Numbered from the stretch's first letter, positions 37,593 to 56,071 are shown. The stretch is 64,000 bases of DNA from the human T2T-CHM13v2.0 reference genome, Homo sapiens (GCF_009914755.1 NC_060936.1), one strand, 5' to 3'. Notes: generated by a model from the sequence alone, not told the origin. Made by a program: numbers and translations.

Positions 37593-38189
37593 TGACAATG
37601 ATATTTGTTTCACATCTACAGGACCATCAATAATCTAAAATTCTGACCATTTCAAGTGTCAGTGAGGATATGGAAAAACTAGGACTCTGATATCCTGTAA
37701 AACTGATACACCCACTTTGGAGAGCAACTTGATAATATCTACTCAAGTTGAAAATGCACTTATTCTTTGATCTAGAGAGTCTACTTCCAGATAAATGCCT
37801 TAGAGCATTGTTTTTCAATCCATTAGTGAGTCATAAAATCAATGTAGTGAGTCATGTCCAGCATTTTACAAAAATGAAATAGGACAGAATGCAATAGAGT
37901 AGGAAACAGAGTGCATATAGCAAGGGCAGGTATTATTTTGTTAAATTTTTATTTCATCTATGAACTGGGTCTCAATATAAAACATATTTCCATAGTGGTT
38001 TCAAAAAAAAAAACCTCTAAAAACATTCCTTCATAGAAACTCTCATCCATTAGCACTAGGAGACCTGTTGGAGGATATTCCCTGAAATGTAGTGTTTGTA
38101 ATAATGAAACACTAAAAACAATGTAAATGTCAATCAGTAGCAAATGGATAAGCAAATTGGGGTGTATTCATGTGATGGAACACCATTCA

Positions 38190-38549
<360 letters not shown>

Positions 38550-39343
38550 CTAGATGAACAAATTATGAAAACAAAGTTAAGGAAACAAAACAAGATGCAG
38601 GAAAATAAGTGCCACATGAAACAAATTACATGAATTTTTAAAACATTAAGAAATACCATATATATGTAAATGTTCATATGTATGTATATGTATGTGTATA
38701 GATGTATGTATGTATATATGTATGTGTGTGTAAATACATCATAGATAGATAGATAGACATTCAAAGAATTAAAAGCAGACTAGGCTGGGCACAGTGGCTC
38801 ATGCTTGTAATCCCAGCACTTTGAGAGGCCGAGGCGGGCGGACCACTTGAGGTCAGGAGTTCGAGACCAGACTGGCCAACATGGCGAAACCCCGTCTCTA
38901 CTAAAAATACAAAAATTAGCCAGGCATTGTGGTACAGGCCTGTAGTCCCAGCTACTCAGAGGCTAAGGCAGGAAAATCGCTGAAACCCAGGAGGTGGAGG
39001 TTGCAGTTAGCCGAGATTGTGCCACTGCACTGCAGCCTGAGAGACAGAGTGAGACTCTGTCTCAAAAAATAAAACAATTAAAAATTTTTAAAAAATGAAA
39101 GTAGGCTAATATAAAAGTGATGCCTAAAGGGAAGGAGAAAAGGAAGAGAATTGGACTTGGAAGGCGAAAATAGGTATGATACTATTTATTCATTTTGGGT
39201 AGTGGATACATAGAGAAATGTTATAGTATTCTTTCTTATTATCCTTTTAAAACATTTTTAATACATACAAAAGAAATAGGATTAGGTGGGTTTTTGGGAA
39301 TTAGGTTTTACTCTTGCTCAGAGAGTATCATAAAACTGTATTA

Positions 39344-39612
<269 letters not shown>

Positions 39613-41554
39613 TCACTGCACCCAGCCTGGGCAACAAGAGTGAAACTGTCTCAAACAAAACAAAACAAAACAAAACAAAACCCTTGGCAGGGCTGGGCGC
39701 AGCGGCTCACGCCTGTAATCCCAGCACTTTGGGAGGCCGAGGCAGGTGGATCACTTGAGTTCAACACCAGCCTGGGCAACAGGCCAGGCTAGAAACCCTG
39801 TCTCTACTAAAACAAAATTAGCCAGTCGGGCATGGTGGTACATGACCTGTAGTCCCAGCTACTTGGGAGGCTGAGGCACCAGAATCACTTGAACTCAGGA
39901 GGTGCAGGTTGCAGTGAGCTGATATTCAGACACTGCGCTCCAGCCTGAGCAACAGAGCAAGACGCTGTCTCAATAAATAAATAAATAAATAAAACCCTTG
40001 GCCGGGTTCGGTGTGGTTCATGCCTGTAATCCTGGCAATTTGGGAGACTGAGGTAGGAGGGTTGCTTGAGGCCAGGAGTTTGAGACTGACCTGGGCAACA
40101 TAGTGAGGCCTTGTCTCTACAAAAAAATTAAAACTCACTTAAAAAAAAAAATCCCTCTTTAAGACTGGGCCCAGTGGTTCACACCTGTAATCCTAGTCCT
40201 CTGGGAGATCAAGGTAGAAGAATCCCTTGAGGCCAGGAGTTTAAGACCAGCCTGGACAACATGGCAAGACCACCTCTCTATAAACAGATTAAAATACAAA
40301 CAAAAACTCTTTCATTCTGGTATTTCCCCCCCAGTTCCTTGGGAAGAATAACTGTCCCGAATCAGCTTGTCAAATTTAGTGAATTAGTAACTAAAAGTGG
40401 CAAATCACTGCAGTTATTACCTCTGCTACAAAAAGAAACTTTACCTTTCCCTAAGGTTGCATTCTTCCGTATCTTTGCACATATTGTTCCTTCTTTCTTC
40501 CTAGAAATGATACTCCCAGTGATACTTGGGTTTGGGGGCTCCAATCTTGTGCCATTTATTCCTACTACTTGTCTGCCAAGCAATCTCCAATTGACTCTCC
40601 ACAACCTACTTCAAATCTGATGTTTCTTCACCTGGAAGCACCACTACTGCCACCACCATCAGAATTTATAAATTTACAGCCAGGCACAGTGGCTCACACC
40701 TGTCATCCCAGCTACTCAAGAGGCTGAGGCAGGGAGAAGTGCTTGAACCCAGGAGGCAGAGGTTGCAGTGAGCCGAGATCACACCATTGCACTCCAGCCT
40801 GGGTGACAGAGCGAGACTCTGTCTAAAAAAAAAAAAATTATGAATTTACTACTCCTTCAACTTTTTTTTTTTTTTTGAGACAGAGTCTCACTCTGTTGCC
40901 CAGGCTGGAGTGAAGTGGTGTGATCTTGGCTCACTATAATCTCCACCTCCCGGGTTCAAGCGATCCTCCCACCTCAGCCTCTACGGTAGCTGGGATTATG
41001 GGCAAGCACCACCACGCCTGGCTAATATTTGTATTTTTGGTAGAGACGGGGTTTCACCACGTTGGTCAGGCTGGTCTCAAAGTCCTGACCTCAAAGATCT
41101 TCCCCCCTTGGCCTCCCAAAGTGCTGAGATTACAGGTGTGAACCACTGCACCCAGCTGCACATTTTAATGTAAGGCAATGCCTTACGTTTCCCAAGGAGA
41201 AGAACTAAAAGATAGTTTTTGGCCAACCTTTTATGAAGTAGTCAGATGTCTACTTTAAACATCTACTTAGTGGAAAATGTAAGTCTAATATTATTTAGCA
41301 ACACATATTTTAAACCACATATAAAACATTTATTTAGAAATAATGCTTTTTCAGTCAAATTTTATATCATAATTTTATTCAAATCATCAATGTCATCATC
41401 ATTCACGCCACTTTTATCGTTAACTAGCCCAATTTGCAGAGCAAGACATCCTTACATGTATCTAAGTTGAGGACAGTTTTTTTTTTTAGTTCATGCTATG
41501 TTTGTATGTTCTTGGCTTATACAATATAATTTCTGTTTGTTTGTTTGTTTTTGA

Positions 41555-41713
<159 letters not shown>

Positions 41714-41719
41714 TAGTAG

Positions 41720-42118
<399 letters not shown>

Positions 42119-42121
42119 TAA

Positions 42122-42256
<135 letters not shown>

Positions 42257-42460
42257 TGAGTAGCTGGGATTACAGGTGCACACCACCACGCCTGGCTAAT
42301 TTTTGTATTTTTAGTAGAGACGGGATTTCACCATGTTGGTCAGGCTGGTCTCAAACTCCTGACTTCGTGATCCGCCCACCTTGGCCTCCCAAAGTGCTGG
42401 GATTACAGGCATGAGCCACTGTGCTCAGCCTCTGTAGTTTTTATTTTATTTTTGAGATGA

Positions 42461-42715
<255 letters not shown>

Positions 42716-43087
42716 TGAGCCACTGCGCTTGGCCATATTCATTTAATAAATATTTAATAAGCCCCCCTTGTGTGCCAGGGACTGGAATACAGTGAGCTTA
42801 GACTCCTGTGGGGAAGATAGCCATGAAATGTATAATGACACAGCTAATTAATTATGATGTTAAGTACTATGAAAAATAAGTATAGCTAGCTACAAAGTGA
42901 GTAACAGGAACCTCAGTCTGTGGGGTTAAGAGTTTCCTGTAACAGAGCTGTTTATATACAGTGCAGCACTAACTCATATGCCCAGCCTGCCTGGGTTCAA
43001 ATTCTGACTCAATCTTGAGCAGATTATTGAACCTCATTTTCCTCATGTATAAAGTGGAGCTAGGTCTGGCTTAGTGACTCACACCTA

Positions 43088-43220
43088 TGTGAACCCAAAA
43101 TATCTGAGACAGGTCTCAATCAATTTAGAAAGTTTATTTTGCCAAGGTCAAGGACATGACACAGCCTTAGGAGGTCCTGATGACACGTGCCCAAGGTGGT
43201 TGTGGCACAGCTTGGTTTTT
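43088..43220 (-). mobile_element. MER4A-like LTR 3' fragment
   Basis: TGTGAACCCAAAATATCTGAGACAGGTCTCAATCAATTTAGAAAGTTTATTTTGCCAAGG. Confidence 0.75.
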
Positions 43221-43347
43221 CTTTTTTTTTTTTTTTTTGAGACAGAGTTTCGCTCTTGTTGCTCAGGCTGGAGGCAATGGCGTGATCTCGGCTCACCGCA
43301 ACCTCTGCCTCCCGGGTTCAAGCAATTTTCCTCTCTCAGCCTCCTGA

Positions 43348-43521
<174 letters not shown>

Positions 43522-43936
43522 TAGTTGGGATTACTGGTATACGCCACCAAGTCTGGCTAATTTTGTATTTTTAGTAGAGACGGGGTTTCTCCATGTTGGT
43601 CAGGCTGGTCTTGAACTCCCGACCTCAGGTGATCCACCTGCCTTGGCCTCCCAAAGTGCTGGGATTACAGGCGTGAGCCACCGCGCCCAGTCGGAAACCT
43701 GAAAGGTTTTATAAAGAGAAATGACAAGCTTAGATTTGCAATTTTAAAAGCTCTCTCTGGCTACATACAACATGGAGAACTGGTTGGAGGGAGGACAAAA
43801 CATATGGCAGGGAAACCAGTAAAGAGGCTGCTGTAGAAGTGGGGACCAGAGGCTTGCAGCTTAGCCTAGGGTGGTGGCAGAGAAGATAGAAGGAAGCTGG
43901 CTGATTGAAGAACAGCTAGAAGATAGAACCAACAAG

Positions 43937-43974
43937 ATGCATGTGTGTGTGTGTGTGTGTGTGCGTGTGCACGC

Positions 43975-44011
<37 letters not shown>
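43937..44011. repeat. 75-bp alternating purine-pyrimidine tract, (TG)n with a GCACGCGC core
   Basis: Directly visible. Confidence 0.95.
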
Positions 44012-44012
<1 letters not shown>

Positions 44013-44043
44013 CGGGGGAAAGGGGGAAGAGGCCTAAACACTA

Positions 44044-44337
<294 letters not shown>

Positions 44338-44341
44338 CTAT

Positions 44342-44426
44342 GAAAGAAAGAAAGAGAGAAAGAGAAAGAAAGAGAGGAAGGAAAGAAAGAAAAGGAAGGA
44401 AAGGAAGGAAGAGAAAGAAAGAAAAG
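44342..44426 (+). repeat. Polypurine (GAAA/GGAA)n tract derived from an Alu tail
   Basis: About 85 consecutive purines. Confidence 0.9.
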
Positions 44427-44852
44427 TCTGAGGAATGACCTGTGTTCCTGCCACATTCTTTCATTGCATGAAATGCCTTCCCCTCTACTCCATCCTTTCA
44501 GACACAGTTCCTTCCTATTTTCTCCACAAAATTCTGATTTTGTCTCCTTTCCAAGAGAGTTCCAGAATTTTAGAGCTGAACATTCTTGAGTAGTTGACAT
44601 GACTCAGAAGCTACCTGAAGATGGCTGGGCACGTTGGCTCACGCCTGTAATCCCAGCACTTTGCGAAGCTGAGGTGGGCAGATCACCTGAGTTCAGGAGT
44701 TCGAGACTGGCCTGGCCAACATGGTGAAACCGCGTCTCTACTAAGAATACAAAAATTGGACTGGGTGTGATGGCTCACACCTCTAATCCCAGCACTTTGG
44801 GAGGCCGAGGTGGGAGGATCACGAGGTCAGGAGATCAAGACCATCCTGGCTA

Positions 44853-45511
<659 letters not shown>

Positions 45512-46120
45512 TAATCAGCCCGCTTCGGCCTCCCAAAGTGCTGGGATTACAGGCATGAGCCACGGCGCCCAGGCGTCTTAGTCAACTTTCTATCCCGTCC
45601 ACCCCATCTACCCAACACTTGTGAAGATCCAGGGCCATCTTTTAAAACTTTTCCTCTGACTGCACGAGTGGTACAGTCATTAATAACCTGTGCTAATATA
45701 AAGCTCTGTGACCCATAAAGCATTATACAGATGTGGGAGCTTTCACAGCTGTATTCTCTTTGGATCCTCAAAGATTTCTTATAAAGTAGGTACTATTATA
45801 AGGGAAATAAACTCAGAGCTAAAGTGACATATCCAAGGTAACATTCACTAAAACAAACGTCAATGCCAAGATTGAACCTATATCCAGGGAACCCACATGG
45901 GATGCTCTACCACCTTCCATGAAGAATAAATATTCATATATATCCAAGAGGACTGTTAATTCTTGGAGGCAGTTAAGTACCACTTCTGGGAATCCTTCTT
46001 AGTTTCAAGTATGAATCTATTCAAACATGTTTACTGAACACCTACTATGTGCTAAGTAAGGCACCTAGTGTTGGAGGTGCAGCAATGAACAAGGCAGAGA
46101 AGATGCTTACCCTCATTCTA

Positions 46121-46552
<432 letters not shown>

Positions 46553-46689
46553 TCAGATAGGGTGGTCACAGAAATCCTCTCAGAATAGTAACATTTAAGT
46601 TGAGACAGAGCTTGGTCTTCGGTAGGTGCTTAACGAAAACCATTTTCCCACAAACTTAGTTCTGGAAACGACAAAGAGAGGAAAAAGTG

Positions 46690-47400
46690 TACTCAGTCCG
46701 CACAGGGGCCGCTCCCAGGCCTCCAACCTTCGCCGCCAGACTGACTGGAAAGTGGACAGTTCCCGGCCTATCCACGCCGGCACCATTAGAGGGCGCCGCG
46801 GGTCCTCCTAGCCCCAGGCACTGGCAAACTGACATCTGCTACCTAACAGTCGAGGCTCCGACGCCCCGAGTCCAGGCAGAGGGCAAGGGCGGCGCTGGGA
46901 AGCCCTGAGGCCCTAAGGAATCGCGGAGGGTCACTGGGCGCCTCAAGGACAGGGTGCCCTCCGCGTCGCAAACCCACACCAGTGGCATAAGAACTCACTC
47001 CCTCTGGGACACCCTGTTTCCGGCGCCTTTAAACCTGGAAGTACTGCTGTGTCCAATCCTGGCCCTCCTTCCGCACTTAGTCTTTGAGTCCTTCCCTCTC
47101 CTGGCTTGTGCTGGAGCCAAGCAGGCTATGGCTACCAATCAGCGCTCAGAAAAGACGCATGCGTCTTCGAACGAACGCGACGTACGGTTAACTTTGACCC
47201 AAAGACAACCTCTTCTCTCCCGCTTCTCTCGCTGTGAAGATGGCGCTCTCCAGGGTGTGCTGGGCTCGGTCGGCTGTGTGGGGCTCGGCAGTCACCCCTG
47301 GACATTTTGTCACCCGGAGGCTGCAACTTGGTCGCTCTGGCCTGGCTTGGGGGGCCCCTCGGTGAGGGACCTGTAGCGAGAAAAGCATTTTTGACGTCCA
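46690..47400 (+). promoter_or_regulatory. LETMD1: CpG-rich promoter of LETMD1
   Basis: CpG-dense; CCAAT 47135-47139; NRF1-like palindrome 47152-47167; YY1-type AAGATGGCG overlapping the ATG. Confidence 0.88.
47240..47361 (+). CDS. LETMD1: LETMD1 exon 1 ([41 protein letters not shown]; Arg/Ser-rich, acid-free mitochondrial-presequence-like N-terminus)
   Basis: AAG ATG GCG...CCT CG|gtgagg. The nine exons sum to 1083 nt = 360 aa + stop. Confidence 0.96.
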
Positions 47401-47916
47401 GGCTCTTTCAGTGTCTCAACCTTGCTTGCATTCTGTCTCTTAATTCTCAGAGTTCCACGCCTTGGCCCTGGAATTTTTATTCTTCTGTTCAGGATTCAAA
47501 CTCCGATCCCCACTAGTGACCCGGCTTCCTGACCCTCTGTACTCTCAGTGCCCCATATTGTCTGGTTTCCCCGCGTGTCCTGAGCTCATCTTTCAGCCTC
47601 ACTTTTTCGGCTCAGGTTTTACCGCTGCTATCTCGATTCCACCTCTTTCTGACTTAGCCTGCAGTTCAAATTGTCCCACAGGCATTGCGCTCTCTCCAGA
47701 GGCATACCCTGAGTTCCTTTCCTGCCTGGCCTTTGCCTGATTTGTGTTTCACAGTCTGATTGCCTATCTCTTCTTGACCCCAAGACCTTCCTTGGATTTC
47801 AGAAGTGTCAAGCCTTGGGATACAATCTCCGAGACTCCTGCTTTACATTAGGGACTCAAGGCGTGAGGGAGCTTCTAGGACTGATTCCCAGATAGTCTCT
47901 TTGATCTTCCTTGTAG

Positions 47917-48068
47917 GTCTTCAAAGCTTCACCTTTCTCCAAAGGCAGATGTGAAGAACTTGATGTCTTATGTGGTAACCAAGACAAAAGCGATTAATGG
48001 GAAATACCATCGTTTCTTGGGTCGTCATTTCCCCCGCTTCTATATCCTGTACACAATCTTCATGAAAG
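47917..48068 (+). CDS. LETMD1: LETMD1 exon 2
   Basis: ccttgtag|G TCT TCA AAG...ATG AAA G|gtaaaa; encodes [18 protein letters not shown]...FMK. Confidence 0.96.
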
Positions 48069-48821
48069 GTAAAAACGAAACTACAATAGAAATTCCGGAA
48101 TCAGCTCTTGGGCAGGGTCAAAGAGTTAGCATAAATAAGATCATTTGCAGGTTCTGCTATGGGGATGTGAGCCGAGATATCTTATATTTCATAAATGCCT
48201 GCGCCTTAAACTAATTCCTATAAATTAGCACTTCTTGAGAATGTTTCTAGAAAGATGTTATGAGAAACAACTTATGACAGCAACATGAGGGAGGGAGAAT
48301 ATAGGTATGTTCTCGTACTTTCTTAACCACACACCTGGCTATAGTAGAAATTTTTTGCCTTGCACACGGCAGGGATCTGTGGCTGTATAGACCTGCCCTG
48401 TGATGTATCAGTTGACTTACCCATAGGAAAATGAGGTCTAACCCTTGTTATGAATCTATATTAGGTAGTATGTTGTAGTGGCAATAGCCCTACATAATAC
48501 TTGGTTTCTAAATGTTTTGTTTCAAATCAGAGATCCTTAGTTACTAGGAGAAGATATGTATCGTGTCAAGTGTCTACTCTGGAGCCAGATTGCCTGATTC
48601 AAATCCCAGTTCGTCACTGTGCGATTGGACTAATTAATTAACCCCTCTTTCCTTGGTTTTCTTATGTGTAAAATGGGAGTAATGGAACCTACCTATTTAT
48701 CACATGATTGTGAAGACTTTAAAAATTGATACATGTAAAGTACCTAGAACAGGTCCTGATCCCTAGTAAGTGCCAAGTAAATGTTAACTTATTTTCATCT
48801 AAATGTTACCTAACAGTATTA

Positions 48822-48895
48822 TAAGTTGGTGCAAAAGTAATTGCGGCTTTTGGCTTTCAGTGGCAAAAACCACAATTGCTTTTGCACCAAATCTA
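48822..48895. mobile_element. MADE1 (Hsmar1-derived MITE) palindrome in LETMD1 intron 2
   Basis: TTGGTGCAAAAGTAATTGCGG...CCACAATTGCTTTTGCACCAA inverted termini. Confidence 0.92.
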
Positions 48896-49065
48896 TAATA
48901 TGCTCTATGCTTTTATCATAACACTATAATAAACTACATTGTCAAATCTGAACATTATCATAATTATTACTAGCTTCATGGACTTGAAAAATTACTTATC
49001 CTTAATTTGTAGAGATAAAATTGGCTGCTTTTTCTGTTTTCATGTAGATAAATAGGATCAAATGA

Positions 49066-49385
<320 letters not shown>

Positions 49386-49736
49386 TGAGCCACCGCGCCC
49401 GGCCAACTATTATGGAAATTTTTAAACACACACAGATGTAGAGAGAGTAGTGTAACAAACTTCCATGTATTAACCTCACTTCATTATCATAACTCATGGC
49501 TGCCAATCCTATTTATATACTTGCCTTATGTATTATTTTGAAGACAATCGAGACATCATATAATGACATGTAAATCATTGATAAATATGAAAGCATTAAA
49601 GAAATAGATGCAAGAAGCCGGGCGCGGTGGCTCATGCCTGTAACCCCAGCACTTTGGGAGGCCGGGGCGGGCGGATCATCTGAGGTCGGGCGTTTGAGAC
49701 CAGCCTGACCAACATAGAGAAGCACCGTCTCTACTA

Positions 49737-49922
<186 letters not shown>

Positions 49923-49970
49923 TTAGATGCAAGAATTTTCATAAAATGAAAATTTAAAATGTAATCATAA

Positions 49971-50628
<658 letters not shown>

Positions 50629-50975
50629 TTAATATCTGGCTGGGGAATACATAGGGTTAATTTAGCAAGACTTTCTGAAGTTAGGGAGCTTGATTTTTAA
50701 AAAGGAGTGACCAGTGAAACAGAAGAGGGAGACCATTCCATAGCAGATTACAGAAGCCAAATGTAGCTAGAAGAGAGGCGATGTGCTAGGGGAAAAAATG
50801 TTGAGAAAAGAGATTCGAGTTGACCTCAGGAGTTTCAAGTTACCTAGTTTAAAGCTTTGAGTATCGTTGGGGAGGGGTGAGAGTGTTTGCATGTGATTGA
50901 ACATGGAGTAGGAAGCTGTGGTTAAGATTTAAACTGGGATAACATCACACTCTGTCCTCTACTTTAATGAGGCAG

Positions 50976-51091
50976 GATTGCAGATGTTATGGGCTGATGC
51001 CAAAAAGGCTAGAAGAATAAAGACAAATATGTGGAAGCACAATATAAAGTTTCATCAACTTCCATACCGGGAGATGGAGCATTTGAGACAG
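50976..51091 (+). CDS. LETMD1: LETMD1 exon 3 (alternative in-frame donor at 51130)
   Basis: ggcag|GA TTG CAG ATG...AGA CAG|gtatgg; encodes [16 protein letters not shown]...EHLRQ. Confidence 0.95.
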
Positions 51092-51447
51092 GTATGGGCC
51101 AGGGGCAGATATCCAGAAGTTCATGGTGAGGTAATTACATTTAATCAAGATCTCAAGGTTTTTTCTTTCATTTGTTGTTCACCATTGATCAAGCTTTTGC
51201 CCTTTGCCGTGAGAACAAAATATTGAACTGAATGAGGCATCAGATTATTTGTAAGAATTGGGTTCATCCAGAGTTGTAGCCCTCCATAGCAAGAGCTCCA
51301 TAGAATTTCTGGCACACTTTCTGAATGAAAGTTGTAAATACTAAAATCTAATTAGTTTCTGAACATAACAAAAGTCTGCAAGGGGGCTGGGCGCGGTGGC
51401 TCACGCCTGTAATCCCAGCACTTTGGGAAGCCGAGGCAGGCAGATCA

Positions 51448-52142
<695 letters not shown>

Positions 52143-52213
52143 TCAGGCTCTGTACTAGACATTATTTGGGATACAAAAGTAAATAAGTCAGAGGTTTTGT
52201 CCTCAAGGAACTA

Positions 52214-52576
<363 letters not shown>

Positions 52577-52661
52577 TTACTGTACAGTGGGGTGGATGGA
52601 TTGTCTATTGTATTAACAACTTATTTGGGTTAAAACTGCATCTGTGTTTATTTCTGCTTAG

Positions 52662-52744
52662 TTCCGCCAAGACGTCACCAAGTGTCTTTTCCTAGGTATT
52701 ATTTCCATTCCACCTTTTGCCAACTACCTGGTCTTCTTGCTAAT
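52662..52744 (+). CDS. LETMD1: LETMD1 exon 4 (FRQDVTKCLFLGIISIPPFANYLVFLLM, hydrophobic LETM1-type segment)
   Basis: gcttag|TTC CGC CAA...CTA AT|gtgagt; 83 nt. Confidence 0.95.
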
Positions 52745-53149
52745 GTGAGTACAGACTTCCATCTCCCCAACATCTTGAAGATGTATCAATTTTTTTAAAT
52801 TAAGAATTACTTTAAACAGCACTCATTTCAGAAGATAGGCAGAGGTTATCAAACTTCTGCTCCAATCTTCTCATTATTCCAAGGTTCATAAAAACCACTT
52901 AGGAAGACCTTGGTTACTGTGACACATCACAGCTATAAGTGTAGGTGGCCTAGACTCTCCCTATCTCTTAGCTGCCCTGAGTCATGTGAAATAAGATAGT
53001 GACCTTCTCCATCATCCCTAGAGGCTCTCTCCCCGAGAGAGAGTACTTTTAGACTAATTTCTTTAGGAAAAGTACATTTCGTATTCTGATAACATTTTTA
53101 TTACTTCATATCCAAAAATGACATTTCTTAACTGTGATCTTGCATGTCA

Positions 53150-53670
53150 TTCATTATCTATTGCTGTATAACAAATAACTTCAAAGCTTAATAGCATAAA
53201 ACAATCGTATAAATCATTTTCATGATTTTGTAGCTCAAGAATTAGGGCAGTGCTCAGGTGGGCAGTTGATTTCTCTCTTCCATATAGGGTTGACAGAGGT
53301 CCCTTAGTGATATTTAGCTGCTGAATGGACTAGTCTGGAAAGTCCAATATCACTCTTATGTCTGGTGCCCTGGCAGGGATGGCTACACGGCTAGAACTGT
53401 CAACCAGAGTGCCCAGATGTGGCTTCTTCAGTATGGCAGCCTCAAGATAGTGGGACTTCTAACTTGGGAGCTCAGGGCTCCAAGAGTGAGGGGTTCTAGT
53501 AAGAATCTACATGACTTTATAACCTTGTCTTGAAGGTCACATAGAGTCACTGCTGCTCTGTCCTATTGATTGAATCAGTCACCTAGAATGAAAAAAGGGC
53601 AGGATGTAGACCTCAGCTCTCCATGAGACAAGTGCCAGAGAATTTGAGGTCATGTTTTAAAACCACCAAA
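53150..53670 (-). mobile_element. MLT1-type (ERVL-MaLR) LTR in LETMD1 intron 4
   Basis: TTATCTATTGCTGTATAACAAATAAC...AAAGCTTAATAGCATAAAACAA is a typical MLT1 terminus; subfamily uncertain. Confidence 0.65.
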
Positions 53671-53821
53671 CACGTAGATAAATAAATTAAAAAACAAATC
53701 GTGGCCAGGTGCAGTGGCTCACGCCTGTAATCCCAGCACTTTGGGAGGCCGAGGCGGGCAGATCACAAGGTCAGGAGATTGAGACCATCCTGGCTAACAC
53801 AGTGAAACCCTGTCTCTACTA

Positions 53822-54040
<219 letters not shown>

Positions 54041-54287
54041 CTATAGTTAGATTGTCAACATCACATATAGTGTCCTGGTCAGGCTGCAACTCTCTCCAAA
54101 GCATGCTCTTCACATGCTTTAGTTCAAAATGAGTCATTATATCTGATTGCTGCGTGGCAGGCTATTCTGCTAGTCCTTCCTTTCACATCCCATTTCAGTA
54201 ATGGTGCTTGAAATTGTGCTTCAGTGTGTCTTATAAACTTTGGTCTGAGAGTCACTTAAGAGAAAGGGCTGACTGTAGTGGCTCTCA

Positions 54288-54629
<342 letters not shown>

Positions 54630-54719
54630 CTAGTATTCATGTCTACCAAATGCTTTCTTTGGCTTCCTCTGAAAGAAGCCAGTTTCAGCAAGTGAGTTTG
54701 TGATTCTTTCTCCTTTCAG

Positions 54720-54906
54720 GTACCTGTTTCCCAGGCAACTACTGATCAGGCATTTCTGGACCCCAAAACAACAAACTGATTTCTTAGATATCTATCATGC
54801 TTTCCGGAAGCAGTCCCACCCAGAAATTATTAGTTATTTAGAAAAGGTCATCCCTCTCATTTCTGATGCAGGACTCCGGTGGCGTCTGACAGATCTGTGC
54901 ACCAAG
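54720..54906 (+). CDS. LETMD1: LETMD1 exon 5
   Basis: cctttcag|G TAC CTG...ACC AAG|gtattc; matches the core of ORF 54700..54951. Confidence 0.96.
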
Positions 54907-55028
54907 GTATTCCTGCAGTTAACCCTTCCTACAAATGTGGAATCTTGTTAGATTCAGTGTGCACTAAACTAGGTAAGAGGAGTAGTCAGGACTTTCCTAA
55001 CATCTACAAATCTCTTACCTCTTCCAAG

Positions 55029-55130
55029 ATACAGCGTGGTACCCACCCAGCAATACATGATATCTTGGCTCTGAGAGAGTGTTTCTCTAACCATCCTCTG
55101 GGCATGAACCAACTCCAGGCTTTGCACGTG
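55029..55130 (+). CDS. LETMD1: LETMD1 exon 6
   Basis: cttccaag|ATA CAG CGT...CAC GTG|gtgagc; encodes [34 protein letters not shown]. Confidence 0.95.
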
Positions 55131-55234
55131 GTGAGCACTTTGAGGGCTTCTCTTTTCCATAGCATCACCATGTTTCAGGTGTTTGCTTGAGCTCATACTA
55201 TTTGCCTTTCCCCTCCTATGTGGTTGTGTTACAG

Positions 55235-55387
55235 AAAGCCTTGAGCCGGGCCATGCTTCTCACATCTTACCTGCCTCCTCCCTTGTTGAGACATCGTTTG
55301 AAGACTCATACAACTGTGATTCACCAACTGGACAAGGCTTTGGCAAAGCTGGGGATTGGCCAGCTGACTGCTCAGGAAGTAAAATCG
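55235..55387 (+). CDS. LETMD1: LETMD1 exon 7
   Basis: ttacag|AAA GCC...AAA TCG|gtaaga; encodes KALSRAMLL...AQEVKS. Confidence 0.96.
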
Positions 55388-56071
55388 GTAAGAGCTTGAT
55401 TGCAACATCAACCCTCAACCCTTGGTGTGCTTTTGAGCCTATGGCAGGCCGGAGGTTTACAGGGGCTCCTTGTCTTGTTTGTTTATAGAACCCAGCTTCT
55501 TTATTCTCTCACTTCATTTATTTATTTATGATTTATTTTTATTTATTTATTTATTTTGAGACAGAGTCTCATTCTGTTGCCCAGGCTAGAGTACAGTGGC
55601 ACAGTCTTGGCTCACTGCAACCTCTGCCTCCCGGTTCAAGTGATCCTATCCTCCTACCTCAGCCTCCCAAGTAGCTGGATTACAGGTGTGCACCACCATG
55701 CCCAGCTAATTTTTTGTATTTTTAGTAGAGATGGTTTCACCATGTTTGCCAGGCTGATCTCAAACCCCTGGCCTCAAGAGATCCATCAACCCAAAGTGCC
55801 GAGACTACAGGTGTGAGCTACCGCACCCAGCATATTTATTTATTTTTCAGTCTCACTATTTTAACCAAGCTGGTCTTGAACTCCTGGCCTCAAGCAATCC
55901 TCCCATCTTGGCCTCCTAAAGTGCTGGGAATACAGCCGTGAACCACTGTGCCCGGCCTTTTTAAAAATTATTTTTTAATTAGCCAGGAGTGGTGGCACAT
56001 GCCTGTAATCCCAGGTACTTGGGAGGCTGAGACATGAGAATTGCTTGAACCCAGGAGGTGGATTGCAGTGA

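Noticed and set aside
46954-47376. 140-aa ORF overlapping LETMD1 exon 1 in another frame
   Set aside because: Starts upstream of the likely TSS in CpG-rich promoter DNA and runs past the donor; no recognisable homology.
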